A stretch of 64,000 bases of DNA from an uncultured Porphyromonadaceae bacterium (GTDB taxonomy: Bacteria; Bacteroidota; Bacteroidia; Bacteroidales; UBA12481): contig CAYWHP010000001.1 of the NCBI GenBank assembly GCA_964457845.1, positions 18,015-82,014 of the forward strand, read 5' to 3'. The position numbers and the translations under genes were made by a program. The notes beneath the pieces are model-generated. The model searched no databases. It worked only from the letters and a program-made list of their open reading frames with translations, and was not told the DNA's origin. Below, one piece after another: positions 54,290 to 64,000 of this stretch. The first letter of the stretch is position 1. Every line of letters begins with the position of its first letter.

Positions 54290-55726
54290 TTAAAGGTTCT
54301 TGATCTCACCGATCAGCTTTTGTATGCTGTCCTTTGCATTTCCGAACAGCATTCTGGAGTTGTTATTGAAGAACAGGAAGTTTTCGATTGCCGCATACCC
54401 TTTACCCATGCCACGTTTCATTACAATGACGCTTTTTGCCTCCCAAACCCTGACGACGGGCATCCCGTAGATCGGACTTGACGGGTCATCTACTGCAGCC
54501 GGGTTCACCACATCATTGGCACCGATGACAACAACGACATCGACGTTTTTCATGTCATTGTTGATATCATCGCTCTCTTTGAGTTTGTCATAGGAAACGT
54601 CGGCCTCTGCAAGCAGCACGTTCATGTGCCCGGGCATCCTTCCGGCAACCGGATGGATAGCATACCTTACGTCGACTCCCTTAGCACAAAGCAGCTCTTC
54701 CATTTCATGGCAAATGTGCTGGGCCTGTGCAACTGCCAGACCGTAACCCGGGACAATAACCACTTTTTGGCTGTAACTGAGGAGGACGGCGGCATCGCTG
54801 ACACTGATCTCCTTGATTGAACCGGCAACTTTATCGAGGCCCGCTCCGCCACCGCCGAATGCGCCTATAATGACATTGAGCAGAGACCGGTTCATAGCCT
54901 TACACATAAGTACAGTCAATATAGTACCGGCTGATCCGACCAGGATCCCTCCGGTGAGCATCACCTGGTTGTTGTAAAGAAATCCTCCCATGGCTGCAGC
55001 TACCCCGGTAAATGAATTCAGCAGTGAAATAACCACGGGCATATCTGCTCCTCCGATAGGCATAACAAAGGTAATACCATAAACGAGGGAAAGGCCGAGC
55101 AGTGCGTAGGCCATCCAGCTGATCTCCATCGGATTAACCTTGCCCTGGGCGAGGATGAACACTACGAATACCAATATTCCTGCCAGGAACAGGAGGTTTA
55201 CCACCCGCATGAACTTGAGTTTCGGATCGCCGATTTTCTCCGCCAGCTTTCCGAATGCTATCATACTGCCCGCGAACGAAACGCTCCCGATAACAAGCCC
55301 GAGAAGGATCGCAACAGCATGCCCGTTAAGCATTCCGTGCTGCGCGATTACTTCCGGGGCAATCTTTGGAAACTCCATCAACGAGATCAGTGCGGCCGCC
55401 GCTCCTCCCATTCCGTTAAACAGGGAAACCAACTGGGGCATGGCGGTCATTTTAACTTTCACAGCAATTGCCCAGCCGATTGCCGTTCCGATTGCGATGG
55501 CAGCCAGTATAAGGCCGATATGCCCGATCGGTTGACCATCTTTTTTATGAAATACAAGCGTGCAAACGATGGCCAGAACCATGCCGACGGCAGCAATGAA
55601 GTTCCCCCGCCTTGCTGATTCGGGATGGGACAGCATTTTTAGCCCAAAAATAAAGAGGACCGATGCGATCAGGTAGCTGATTTCCAATACGGAATCACCT
55701 ACGGAAATGATGGGTAAGGAATTCAT
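54290..55726 (-). CDS. pntB: NAD(P) transhydrogenase subunit beta
   Basis: About 478 aa with a polytopic N-terminal half and a C-terminal NADP(H)-binding domain (GYGLAVAQAQH, VIGANDVVNPAA). ATG at 55726 is preferred; a GTG at 55735 abutting the upstream stop is an alternative. Confidence 0.9.
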   Translation of the reverse strand: MNSLPIISVGDSVLEISYLIASVLFIFGLKMLSHPESARRGNFIAAVGMVLAIVCTLVFHKKDGQPIGHIGLILAAIAIGTAIGWAIAVKVKMTAMPQLVSLFNGMGGAAAALISLMEFPKIAPEVIAQHGMLNGHAVAILLGLVIGSVSFAGSMIAFGKLAEKIGDPKLKFMRVVNLLFLAGILVFVVFILAQGKVNPMEISWMAYALLGLSLVYGITFVMPIGGADMPVVISLLNSFTGVAAAMGGFLYNNQVMLTGGILVGSAGTILTVLMCKAMNRSLLNVIIGAFGGGGAGLDKVAGSIKEISVSDAAVLLSYSQKVVIVPGYGLAVAQAQHICHEMEELLCAKGVDVRYAIHPVAGRMPGHMNVLLAEADVSYDKLKESDDINNDMKNVDVVVVIGANDVVNPAAVDDPSSPIYGMPVVRVWEAKSVIVMKRGMGKGYAAIENFLFFNNNSRMLFGNAKDSIQKLIGEIKNL

Positions 55727-55735
55727 GGTCGGCAC

Positions 55736-56038
55736 TTATTTTTTCTTTTTGAACATTTCCAGCATTCGGTCGGTAACAACAAAACCGCCTACCACATTAA
55801 GGGTGCCGAGAACAACGGCAAGGAATCCCAATATGAGGCTGGCTGTTGTATCTGCATGGCCCATCACGATGATTGCTCCGATGATCACCACCCCGTGGAT
55901 GGCGTTGGCACCTGACATCAGCGGAGTATGGAGGATGGCGGGAACATGCGATATAACTTCAATCCCGAGCAGAATGGAGAGAGCAATTATGAATATCGCC
56001 TCCCGATAAACGTATATGAAACTAAGTATTTCTTGCAT
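55736..56038 (-). CDS. pntAB: NAD(P) transhydrogenase subunit alpha part 2 (membrane segment)
   Basis: 100 aa with three or four TM helices. It sits between the soluble alpha part 1 and beta subunit genes. Confidence 0.85.
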   Translation of the reverse strand: MQEILSFIYVYREAIFIIALSILLGIEVISHVPAILHTPLMSGANAIHGVVIIGAIIVMGHADTTASLILGFLAVVLGTLNVVGGFVVTDRMLEMFKKKK

Positions 56039-56047
56039 GGCTGATAA

Positions 56048-57175
56048 TTATTTGGAAAACAAACTTTTAACCCTGGTGTTGATTATTTCGCCGCCATGGG
56101 TGACACAGGTTCCGGCGACGATATCGTCTTCGAAATTGAGGTTCAGTGACCCGTCTGAAGCAATAATAAGGCTCATGAAATTCAGGGTATTCTTTCCGAA
56201 CATTTTGCTCGCGTCCTTTGGAATTGTTGAAGGATAGAACGACTGGCCGATGATTCGAACGCCATTATGATCAATAATCTCTCCGTTCCGGGTGAGCTCG
56301 CAATTTCCGCCTGTGGATGCTGCGAGGTCGACGATCACCGATCCCGGCTTCATCTGCTCGACTGTCTCTTTTGACAGCAGCCTTGGGGCAGGCTTGCCGG
56401 GTATCTGTGCTGTTGTTATGATAACATCGCTCTTCACGGCATGATCATGGACAGCCTGTCGCTGACGGGCCTTAAATTCCTCGGTCTGTTCAACGGCATA
56501 ACCGCCGGCCGCTTTGTCATCGAGCGCACCTTCCACCTCGATGAATTTTGCACCCAGGCTTTCGACTTCCTCTTTGACGGCAGCCCTGACATCAAATGCT
56601 TCAACACGGGCTCCGAGTTTTCTGGAGGTTGCCACAGCCTGCAGGCCCGCGACACCGGCACCGATAATCATCACCTTGGCCGGCGTTATGGTGCCAGCTG
56701 CCGTCATGAACATCGGGAAAAAGGTCGGCAGGTGCATCGCCGCATCCAGCACAGCCCGGTAACCGGAAGCTGTTGCCTGCGAGGAGAGGATGTCCATTGC
56801 CTGAGCGCGGCTCGTTCTTGGAATAACATCCAGACTGAAAGTGGTGATTTTGTGATCAACAAGCTTTTGAACCAATTCCTTTTCTGAAAGAGGGGAGAGC
56901 ACACCGATCCAAACCTGACCGGTCCTGATCTTTGCAATCCAGGAAGGTTCGGGTGGTGATATCCTGAGGAGGAGATCGGCTCCGGCAAGGATTTCACCGG
57001 CAGTCCTGATCTGTGCGCCTGCACTGGAATACTGCTCATCAGATGAATAAGCAGTGGTTCCGGCTCCGCTTTCCACCCAAACTTCCACTTTCTTCCTGAT
57101 CAGTTCCGCAACCGCTTCGGGTAAAAGAATCACCCTGTTTTCACCGGCTGGTTCTTTCAGAATGCCTGCAATCAT
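56048..57175 (-). CDS. pntAA: Re/Si-specific NAD(P)+ transhydrogenase subunit alpha part 1
   Basis: It has an alanine-dehydrogenase/PNT fold and the Rossmann motif MIIGAGVAGLQA. ATG at 57175 (MIAGILKEP) is preferred; the track start at 57202 is a TTG. Confidence 0.88.
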   Translation of the reverse strand: MIAGILKEPAGENRVILLPEAVAELIRKKVEVWVESGAGTTAYSSDEQYSSAGAQIRTAGEILAGADLLLRISPPEPSWIAKIRTGQVWIGVLSPLSEKELVQKLVDHKITTFSLDVIPRTSRAQAMDILSSQATASGYRAVLDAAMHLPTFFPMFMTAAGTITPAKVMIIGAGVAGLQAVATSRKLGARVEAFDVRAAVKEEVESLGAKFIEVEGALDDKAAGGYAVEQTEEFKARQRQAVHDHAVKSDVIITTAQIPGKPAPRLLSKETVEQMKPGSVIVDLAASTGGNCELTRNGEIIDHNGVRIIGQSFYPSTIPKDASKMFGKNTLNFMSLIIASDGSLNLNFEDDIVAGTCVTHGGEIINTRVKSLFSK

Positions 57176-57219
57176 AGTATAAAATATTTGTTGGTCGGAC
57201 AATTCATAGGACGAAGCGC

Positions 57220-57227
57220 CAAAACTA
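57220..57227 (-). promoter_or_regulatory. candidate -7 box (TAGTTTTG on minus strand) for the pnt operon
   Basis: The plus-strand caaaacta matches TAnnTTTG on the minus strand. No clear -33 element is seen. Confidence 0.35.
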
Positions 57228-57505
57228 CCAAATAAACCCTGATTTGGTTTTTCGGAAAATAGTTTTTTTCTTTGCCACTCAAATTACTGTTTGATGTTTA
57301 CCAGAGCAACAACATACCCGATCAGTTCCAACCACCGGATGATGGATATGTTTATGCTTTTGGGGTAGGCCCTCCCCGGCTTGCCCCTGAACTCCCGGCC
57401 AGAGTTGTGGTCGACCCCTGAAGCCATCAGTTTTATTAACATTCTTATCGTTCTTGACGTTTAACACGTTGAAACAAAATAACCAAACAGGCAAACAATA
57501 TAATC

Positions 57506-58780
57506 ATGTCATACAAATTCGAAACACTCCAGATCCATGCAGGCCATCAGCCCGATTCCGATACGTTGAGCCGCGCCGTACCAATCTATCAGACAACTTC
57601 TTATGTTTTCAGGGATGCTGACCATGCCGCCGGGCTTTTTGAACTCCGTGAGGCAGGCCACATCTATTCAAGAATTTCGAACCCAACGGTTGATGTTTTT
57701 GAAAAAAGAATAGCCGCACTCGAAGGCGGAACCGGTGCCCTGGCCGTTTCATCCGGACATGCCGCACAGTTCATCGCACTGAACAATATCCTCCGACCGG
57801 GGGACAACCTTATTTCCTCGCCATTCCTCTATGGCGGCACGCTGAATCAATTCCGCCACAGTTTTAAAAATCTTGGAGTGGATGTTCGTTTTGCAGTTTC
57901 CGATAAGGCTGATGATTTTGAAAGCCTCATAGATTCAAAAACACGGGGGCTTTATGTGGAAACCATTAGTAATCCCGGATTTTCGATCCCGGATTTCGAA
58001 GCTTTTGCCCGGCTCGGCGAAAAGCATGGCATACCGCTGATTGTTGACAATACGTTCGCAGGAGGAGGGTACCTCTGCAGCCCGATACGCTATGGTGCAA
58101 ATATCGTTGTTGAATCCGCAACCAAATGGATCGGGGGCCATGGAACAACCATTGCCGGTGTTATTGTTGATGGAGGGAATTTTCCATGGAACAACGGACT
58201 ATTTCCGCAGATGACGGAGCCTTCGCCGGAATACCATGGATTCAAATGGTTTGAACAGTTTCAGAATCAGGCTTATATTGTGAGGGCGCGCACAATCGGG
58301 CTCCGTGATTTTGGACCATCGATCAGCGCATTCGATGCCTTCCTGTTGCTGCAGGGTCTCGAAACGCTGTCCCTTCGGCTCGATCGTCAGTGCGAGAATG
58401 CGCTCGCCCTGGCCAGATACCTTGCCGCGCATCCGCGTGTTGAAGGCGTAGGTTATCCGGGATTGCCTGAAGATGCAAATCATCCGGCAGCGCTGAAGTA
58501 CCTGAAGCACGGATTCGGCGGAGTTCTCTCCTTTATTCTTAAGGGTGACAAGCTTGTAAACCGCCATCTGGTGGAGAAATTCTCCATTGTTAGCCACCTG
58601 GCCAATGTAGGGGACACACGCACACTAATTATCCAACCTTCAGCAACCACCCATCAGCAGTTGAGCGAAGCAGAACAACTGGCGGCAGGCGTTCACCCGA
58701 ACATGTTCAGGGTATCGGTAGGGTTGGAACACATTGATGATATTATTGCGGATTTCGAACAGGCAATCAACAGGATATGA
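57506..58780 (+). CDS. metY: O-acetylhomoserine aminocarboxypropyltransferase / sulfhydrylase
   Basis: 424 aa in the Cys/Met-metabolism PLP family. The PLP-lysine context is ESATKWIGGHGT. Confidence 0.88.
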   Translation: MSYKFETLQIHAGHQPDSDTLSRAVPIYQTTSYVFRDADHAAGLFELREAGHIYSRISNPTVDVFEKRIAALEGGTGALAVSSGHAAQFIALNNILRPGDNLISSPFLYGGTLNQFRHSFKNLGVDVRFAVSDKADDFESLIDSKTRGLYVETISNPGFSIPDFEAFARLGEKHGIPLIVDNTFAGGGYLCSPIRYGANIVVESATKWIGGHGTTIAGVIVDGGNFPWNNGLFPQMTEPSPEYHGFKWFEQFQNQAYIVRARTIGLRDFGPSISAFDAFLLLQGLETLSLRLDRQCENALALARYLAAHPRVEGVGYPGLPEDANHPAALKYLKHGFGGVLSFILKGDKLVNRHLVEKFSIVSHLANVGDTRTLIIQPSATTHQQLSEAEQLAAGVHPNMFRVSVGLEHIDDIIADFEQAINRI

Positions 58781-59802
58781 CACAGTTAGAACCGCATCTA
58801 TTCGAATTTAAGAAGCCGCTGGCGCTTGAATGCGGCAGGGTGCTTCCAAAGTGGCAGATCGCCTTTCATACCTTCGGGCGTTTGAACGAAACCCTCGATA
58901 ATGTAATCTGGGTTTGTCATGCCTTGACAGCCAATTCCGATGTTTACGACTGGTGGCCCGGGATGGTAGGGCCCGGCTGCCTGATGGATACCGATAAGTA
59001 CTTTATCATTTGTGCCAATATTCCGGGTTCCTGCTACGGGACTACGGGGCCGCTTTCAACCGATCCCGAAACAGGAAAGCCATATCTTCATGATTTTCCG
59101 ATCATTACGGTCAGGGATATCGTAAAAGCCCTTAAAGAATTGCGTTTGTTTCTGGGCATAAAAAAAATACACCTTGGGATAGGCGGATCACTCGGAGGTC
59201 AGCAGATTCTTGAATGGGCCATCGAAGAACCGGATCTCTTCCGATACATCGCACCAGTTGCCACCAACGCCCGTGCATCTGCATGGGGCATTGCATTCAA
59301 TGAAGCTCAGCGCATGGCGCTGCTGGCTGATGAAACGTTTACAGCCGGACTTGAAGACGGTGGCTCCCGCGGAATCCGGGCAGCACGGGCAATAGCGCTG
59401 CTCAGCTATCGCAACCGGAATACCTATCAGAATACACAAACCGACCCCGACGAAGAGAAACTGGAGAATTTCAAAGCCTGTTCATACCAGCAATACCAGG
59501 GACAAAAGCTCGACCGCCGCTTTAATGCCTATTCCTACCTCGCAGTCAGCAAAACACTGGATTCCCAGAATGTGGGAAGGAATAGGGGCGGACTGGCTGC
59601 TGCACTAGGGAAGATAAAGGCCAAAACAGTTGCGGTTGCCATATCGAGCGACCTCCTTTTTCCGCCGGAAGAGCAGCGGCTGGTTGCTGATCTGGTGCCC
59701 GGTGCATCCTATTTCGAGATCGATTCATTTTACGGTCATGACGGGTTTCTCATTGAAGTGGAGGCCCTGACCAATATTCTCAAACCGATTATAAATTCCT
59801 GA
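58777..59802 (+). CDS. metX: homoserine O-acetyltransferase
   Basis: 341 aa alpha/beta hydrolase with the nucleophile motif GGSLGGQQ and a C-terminal GHDGFL. The start overlaps the metY stop (ATGA). Confidence 0.88.
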   Translation: MTQLEPHLFEFKKPLALECGRVLPKWQIAFHTFGRLNETLDNVIWVCHALTANSDVYDWWPGMVGPGCLMDTDKYFIICANIPGSCYGTTGPLSTDPETGKPYLHDFPIITVRDIVKALKELRLFLGIKKIHLGIGGSLGGQQILEWAIEEPDLFRYIAPVATNARASAWGIAFNEAQRMALLADETFTAGLEDGGSRGIRAARAIALLSYRNRNTYQNTQTDPDEEKLENFKACSYQQYQGQKLDRRFNAYSYLAVSKTLDSQNVGRNRGGLAAALGKIKAKTVAVAISSDLLFPPEEQRLVADLVPGASYFEIDSFYGHDGFLIEVEALTNILKPIINS

Positions 59803-59806
59803 ATAC

Positions 59807-61012
59807 ATGGAAACTGACAAGAAAAGCAAACTGGTGATTGGGTTATTTGGATTCGGAGTGGTGGGGCAGGGCCTCTTCAAAGTTCTGCAGGATGTGCAGA
59901 CCGCTGACGCCACCATAAAAACCATCTGCGTTAAGCACCGGGATAAACCGCGCAGTGTCGATAGTCACCTCATCACATATGAACCGGCAGACATACTGGA
60001 TGATCCTGAAATAAACCTGATTGTTGAATTGATCGATGATGCGGAAGCCTCCTATCAGATCGTCCGACAGGCACTGTTAAATGGCAAATCGGTTGTATCC
60101 GGTAATAAAAACATGCTTGCCCACCATCTCAGTGAGCTTATCGGAATTCAGAAAGAAACCGGCGTAGCGCTGCTGTACGATGCCTCGGCTTGCGGCAGCA
60201 TACCGGTGATCCGAAATCTGGAGGAGTATTATGATAATGATCTGCTGCAATCGATCACCGGTATCCTCAACGGGTCATCCAACTTCATCCTTACCCGGAT
60301 TTTCCAGCAGGGGTGGTCCTATACAGACGCGTTGAAACATGCTCAGGAACTGGGGTTTGCTGAAAGCAACCCTTCGTTTGATGTGGACGGTTTTGACAGT
60401 ATGTTCAAACTGATCATACTCGCTCTGCATGGCTTCGGTACCCTGGTGGATCCGGATGAAGTTTTTCATTACGGTATAAGCAATGTTTCCACGCACGATA
60501 TCCAGTACGCTCGCGAGAAGAGCAAGAAAATCAAGCTTGTTGCCCAGGTCAGCAAGGTTAACGGCAAAAAGTTCTGCATGTTCGTGCTGCCGAAACTGGT
60601 GAGCCAGGATGAGTATATTTACAATGTTGAAGAAGAGTACAATGGCGTGATTATCGAAGGTCAGTTCTACGATAAGCAGTTCATGTTCGGTAAGGGTGCC
60701 GGGGCATTCCCAACCGGTTCGGCTGTATTGTCAGATATTACTGCGAGAAAGCATAACTACCGGTACGAGTACAAGAAGTTGAATTTCTTTGCTTCTCCCG
60801 TATACACCCGCGATCTGTTTATCGAGGTGTATGTGCGCTATCATGATCTTGTGGATCTGAGCCACTTTGATTTTCAATCGATTTCGGAAAAATACACCGG
60901 TCCCGAATATAATTATGTGATCGGCCGTTTATCTCTTGATACATTGCACAAAATGAAAAACCTGATCCGCAAGCTGGATGTATTTGTGGCCTGGACCGGG
61001 AAACTGGATTGA
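59807..61012 (+). CDS. hom: homoserine dehydrogenase
   Basis: 401 aa with an N-terminal NAD(P)-binding motif ([11 protein letters not shown]), a catalytic domain ([12 protein letters not shown]) and a C-terminal regulatory-like domain. Confidence 0.8.
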   Translation: METDKKSKLVIGLFGFGVVGQGLFKVLQDVQTADATIKTICVKHRDKPRSVDSHLITYEPADILDDPEINLIVELIDDAEASYQIVRQALLNGKSVVSGNKNMLAHHLSELIGIQKETGVALLYDASACGSIPVIRNLEEYYDNDLLQSITGILNGSSNFILTRIFQQGWSYTDALKHAQELGFAESNPSFDVDGFDSMFKLIILALHGFGTLVDPDEVFHYGISNVSTHDIQYAREKSKKIKLVAQVSKVNGKKFCMFVLPKLVSQDEYIYNVEEEYNGVIIEGQFYDKQFMFGKGAGAFPTGSAVLSDITARKHNYRYEYKKLNFFASPVYTRDLFIEVYVRYHDLVDLSHFDFQSISEKYTGPEYNYVIGRLSLDTLHKMKNLIRKLDVFVAWTGKLD

Positions 61013-61013
61013 A

Positions 61014-64000
61014 ATGATAAAACACCCATCCTATATCCGCCTGGCGGAAGCTTTGAATGCAGGAATCCTGGTCCTCGACGGGGCCATGGGCACCATGATC
61101 CAGAAACTTGGCCTTACCGAGCAGGATTACCGGACTGACTCTTTGAAGGACCACCCGCAGGCGCTCAAGGGCAATCACGATCTTCTTAATCTTTCGCGGC
61201 CGGATGCCATCCGCGATATTCACCGCCTATATATTGAAGCGGGTGCCCGTGTGATAGAGACGAACACTTTCAACGCGAATACGATTTCACAGTCAGATTA
61301 CCAGACAGATAACCTGGTGACAGAGATCAACTTTCAGGCGGCGAGGATTGCCAGGGAGGCTGCAGGCAGCGACGTGTTTGTGCTGGGTGCCCTAGGTCCC
61401 ACTAACCGAACAGCTTCAATGTCGCCACGCGTTGAGGATCCCGGGTATCGTAATGTAACGTTCGACCAGCTTGCCGAAGCCTACCAGCAGCAGGCTGCAG
61501 CCTTGCTCGACGGCGGAGTCGACGGACTCCTTATCGAAACCATTTTCGATACACTCAACGCCAAGGCGGCAATATTTGGCATACAGGAGGAGTTTATCCG
61601 GCGAGGTGAGGAGTGGCCCATCGTGATATCCGTTACCATTACGGATGCCAGCGGGAGAACGCTTTCAGGCCAGACGCTCGAGGCATTTTACTATTCCATA
61701 CGTCATGCCGCTCCGCTGGTGATTGGCCTCAATTGTGCACTGGGTGCCGAGGAATTGCTTCCTTATCTGCGCGAGCTTAATCGTCTGGCCGGCGATTCCT
61801 GTTACCTGTCCGCACATCCGAATGCAGGCCTGCCCAATGAGCTCGGCGATTACAACCAGTCGGCTGCAGAAATGGCCGGGTGGATAAAACTATTTATTGA
61901 TGAGGAGTTGGTCAGCCTGGTTGGCGGATGCTGCGGAACTACACCGCAGCATATCAAGGCAATTGCGGAACTGGCAGCGGCGGTTAAACCCATCCGGGCT
62001 GATTTACGCCGGGGAGGACCGGTGGGAACTCCTTCAAAGTCGGATGCAGCAGTGGGACAGACCGTGCGCATGACCGCATTTTCCGGCCTGGAACCGCTCG
62101 TTATTCGTCCCGAAACCAACTTTATCAATATCGGGGAGCGCACAAATGTTGCAGGATCCCGGCAATTTGCGCGCCTGATACGTGAAGAGAAATTTGAAGC
62201 TGCGCTTACCGTAGCCAGGGAACAGATCGAAGGGGGTGCCATGATGATTGACGTCTGCATGGATGACCCGCTTTTGGATGCCCCTGAGGCTATGGGCCGT
62301 TTTCTCAGGATGGTAGCTACGGATCCCGATATTGCCCGGGTTCCGGTTATGATCGACTCATCCCGCTTTTCTGCCATTCAGGAAGGATTAAAGAATACGC
62401 AGGGCAAATCGGTGGTCAATTCCATCAGCCTTAAATCCGGTGATGCAGCTTTTCTGGAGCAGGCCCGCTATATCCGGAGATTTGGGGCAGCCGTTGTGGT
62501 GATGCTCTTTGATGAGCAGGGACAGGCTGATACTTTTGAGCGAAAAACGGAAATAGCAAAGCGCTCGTATGATTTGCTTACACGCGAAATCGGCTTCCCT
62601 CCCGAGGATATCATCATCGATCCAAACGTACTGGCACTGGCAACAGGGATGGAGGAACACAACCGCTACGGCCTGGCCTATATCGAAGCAACCCGCTGGA
62701 TCAGGCAGCACTTGCCCGGCGTTAAGGTTTCGGGCGGTGTGAGCAACCTCTCTTTTGCATTCCGTGGTCAGGAAAGCATTCGTCAGGCCATGCACGCGGT
62801 GTTCCTTTACCATGCCATACGCGCCGGAATGGATGTAGGGATCGTTAATCCGACGTTGCTCCAGGTTTATGATGAGGTGGCTCCCGATCTCCTGAAACTT
62901 GCAGAGGATGTTGTTCTTTTCCGGCGTAAGGATGCCACAGACAGGCTACTGGCATATGCTGAAAAGTCTGTTGAAACCGACAGAAAGACGGTTGGTCAGA
63001 TTGAGGACTGGCGCTTGCTTCCTGTGAGGGAGCGGCTGGTTCATGCCATTGTGGCCGGGATAGCTGATTTTATCGAGGTTGATGTAGAAGAGGCGCGCCC
63101 GGCCTTTTCCTTTGCGCTCGAGATTATTGAGCAGCCCTTGATGGACGGCATGGGTGTTGTTGGCGACCGGTTCGGATCCGGAAAGATGTTTCTTCCGCAG
63201 GTGATCAAGAGTGCCCGGGTTATGAAGAGGGCTGTTGCCTACCTGACACCCTATATTGAAGCTGAAAAATTGTCCGGTGCCGCATCATCGCAGGCTGGAA
63301 AGGTAGTGCTGGCAACTGTCAAGGGGGATGTCCACGACATTGGTAAAAATATTGTCGGGGTTATTCTGCAGTGCAATAATTATGAAGTTATTGATCTGGG
63401 AGTTATGGTTCCGGCTGAAAAGATTATTGCAACCGCCATCCGTGAGAACGCAACCATTATCGGACTCAGTGGCCTTATAACACCTTCGCTTGAGGAAATG
63501 GCCTATGTCGCCACAGAGATGGCCCGGGCAGGCCTCAACATTCCGCTTCTGATCGGAGGGGCTACCACTTCCGAACTGCACACGGCACTCCGGATTGATC
63601 CCCATTATGACGGACCTGTAGTGCATGTGAGGGATGCCTCAAGGGTTGTTGCTGTTGCCAGCGGGCTCCTCTCCGATGAGAAATCCGCGGCCCGCAAGGC
63701 AACCGTTAAATCAGATTATGCACGGCTCCGTGCCGAATATGAAGGCCGCGACAAAACAGCTGGTTACCTTTCCCTGGCAGCGGCCCGGGACAACAGGCTG
63801 AAAATTGATTTTGGCCTTACCGAAGGAACAGGCAGGCCAAATTTCACAGGACTCAAAGAGTACCATGATTTTCCGATTGAAAAACTCATTCCTTATATCG
63901 ACTGGTCGTTTTTCCTGTATACCTGGGATATCCGGGGAAGGTATCCGGCCATACTGAACGATCCGCTCAAAGGTGCAGAAGCCCGATCTCTTATTGCTGA
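61014..64000 (+). CDS. metH: cobalamin-dependent methionine synthase (3' partial, runs off window end)
   Basis: The frame is open from the ATG at 61014 to the window end, so it is not in the ORF track. It has an Hcy-binding domain ([10 protein letters not shown]), a pterin-binding domain and the B12-binding DxHxxG motif ([11 protein letters not shown]), followed by [10 protein letters not shown] and LLIGGA. Confidence 0.92.
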   Translation, partial: MIKHPSYIRLAEALNAGILVLDGAMGTMIQKLGLTEQDYRTDSLKDHPQALKGNHDLLNLSRPDAIRDIHRLYIEAGARVIETNTFNANTISQSDYQTDNLVTEINFQAARIAREAAGSDVFVLGALGPTNRTASMSPRVEDPGYRNVTFDQLAEAYQQQAAALLDGGVDGLLIETIFDTLNAKAAIFGIQEEFIRRGEEWPIVISVTITDASGRTLSGQTLEAFYYSIRHAAPLVIGLNCALGAEELLPYLRELNRLAGDSCYLSAHPNAGLPNELGDYNQSAAEMAGWIKLFIDEELVSLVGGCCGTTPQHIKAIAELAAAVKPIRADLRRGGPVGTPSKSDAAVGQTVRMTAFSGLEPLVIRPETNFINIGERTNVAGSRQFARLIREEKFEAALTVAREQIEGGAMMIDVCMDDPLLDAPEAMGRFLRMVATDPDIARVPVMIDSSRFSAIQEGLKNTQGKSVVNSISLKSGDAAFLEQARYIRRFGAAVVVMLFDEQGQADTFERKTEIAKRSYDLLTREIGFPPEDIIIDPNVLALATGMEEHNRYGLAYIEATRWIRQHLPGVKVSGGVSNLSFAFRGQESIRQAMHAVFLYHAIRAGMDVGIVNPTLLQVYDEVAPDLLKLAEDVVLFRRKDATDRLLAYAEKSVETDRKTVGQIEDWRLLPVRERLVHAIVAGIADFIEVDVEEARPAFSFALEIIEQPLMDGMGVVGDRFGSGKMFLPQVIKSARVMKRAVAYLTPYIEAEKLSGAASSQAGKVVLATVKGDVHDIGKNIVGVILQCNNYEVIDLGVMVPAEKIIATAIRENATIIGLSGLITPSLEEMAYVATEMARAGLNIPLLIGGATTSELHTALRIDPHYDGPVVHVRDASRVVAVASGLLSDEKSAARKATVKSDYARLRAEYEGRDKTAGYLSLAAARDNRLKIDFGLTEGTGRPNFTGLKEYHDFPIEKLIPYIDWSFFLYTWDIRGRYPAILNDPLKGAEARSLIA

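Noticed and set aside
57355-57425. A SAM-I (S-box) riboswitch upstream of metY.
   Set aside because: Only a short CCCCTGAA(G/C)CC resemblance to the P2 region is present. The conserved AGAGGGA kink-turn, GGCAACC and GGUGCnAAnnCC elements are absent on either strand. I kept it as an unexplained element rather than calling a riboswitch.
57279-57494. A 71 aa minus-strand ORF in the pnt/met intergenic region.
   Set aside because: It has no start context, odd composition (His/Gly/Pro/Cys runs) and no recognisable fold. It overlaps the GC-rich repeat, which is better explained as non-coding.
61850-63626. Minus-strand ORFs 61850..62377, 62388..62813 and 63285..63626.
   Set aside because: They lie antisense to the uninterrupted metH reading frame (61014 to the window end). 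That frame carries the Hcy, pterin and B12-binding motifs. The track simply omits metH because it has no stop in the window.
1-64000. CRISPR arrays, insertion sequences, prophage genes, rRNA genes.
   Set aside because: No intergenic gap exceeds about 370 nt. No regularly spaced direct repeats were seen. No ORF resembles a transposase, integrase, Cas or phage structural protein.

Overview
This is a chromosomal segment from a Bacteroidota-type genome. Three things support that: gliding and type IX secretion genes (gldJ, porU, porV, gldF, gldG), two tandem SusC/SusD pairs, and repeated TAnnTTTG -7 promoter boxes. The window is densely coding with about 60 genes. They cover cell-envelope functions (murF, lpxB, an LpxL-like acyltransferase, a GT2), housekeeping (dnaN, folC, mtaB, surE, HU, ispF), and a pntAA-pntAB-pntB transhydrogenase operon. 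There is also a tightly packed metY-metX-hom-metH methionine operon, with metH running off the 3' edge, plus tRNA-Val(TAC) and tRNA-Ser(TGA). I found no CRISPR array, transposase, integrase or phage gene.

The least ordinary region is 22.9-26.8 kb. It starts with a scar of three gene remnants (crcB', a LytTR regulator', a histidine kinase') that are decayed paralogs of intact neighbours. Next comes an ECF sigma / zinc-finger anti-sigma module with three LTxxQ (CpxP/Spy-like) proteins. Two of these are paralogous secreted proteins that bracket the module, and one has a (Gly-Thr-Cys)x3 motif. The whole segment sits between a DUF190 gene and the intact crcB, which normally form a pair.

Other points worth a second look:
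- One SusC is split by a single in-frame TGA at a conserved Gly position.
- The SusD of the other pair has a C-terminal frameshift.
- The two SusC genes share a conserved 5' leader.
- An ECF/FecR pair has no TonB-dependent transducer nearby.
- murF, mtaB and one ECF sigma gene have no ATG option, and TTG is the first in-frame start.
- An unexplained GC-rich tandem motif lies between the pnt and met operons.

I cannot show that any of this is a truly new system. The ECF/LTxxQ cluster is the best candidate.
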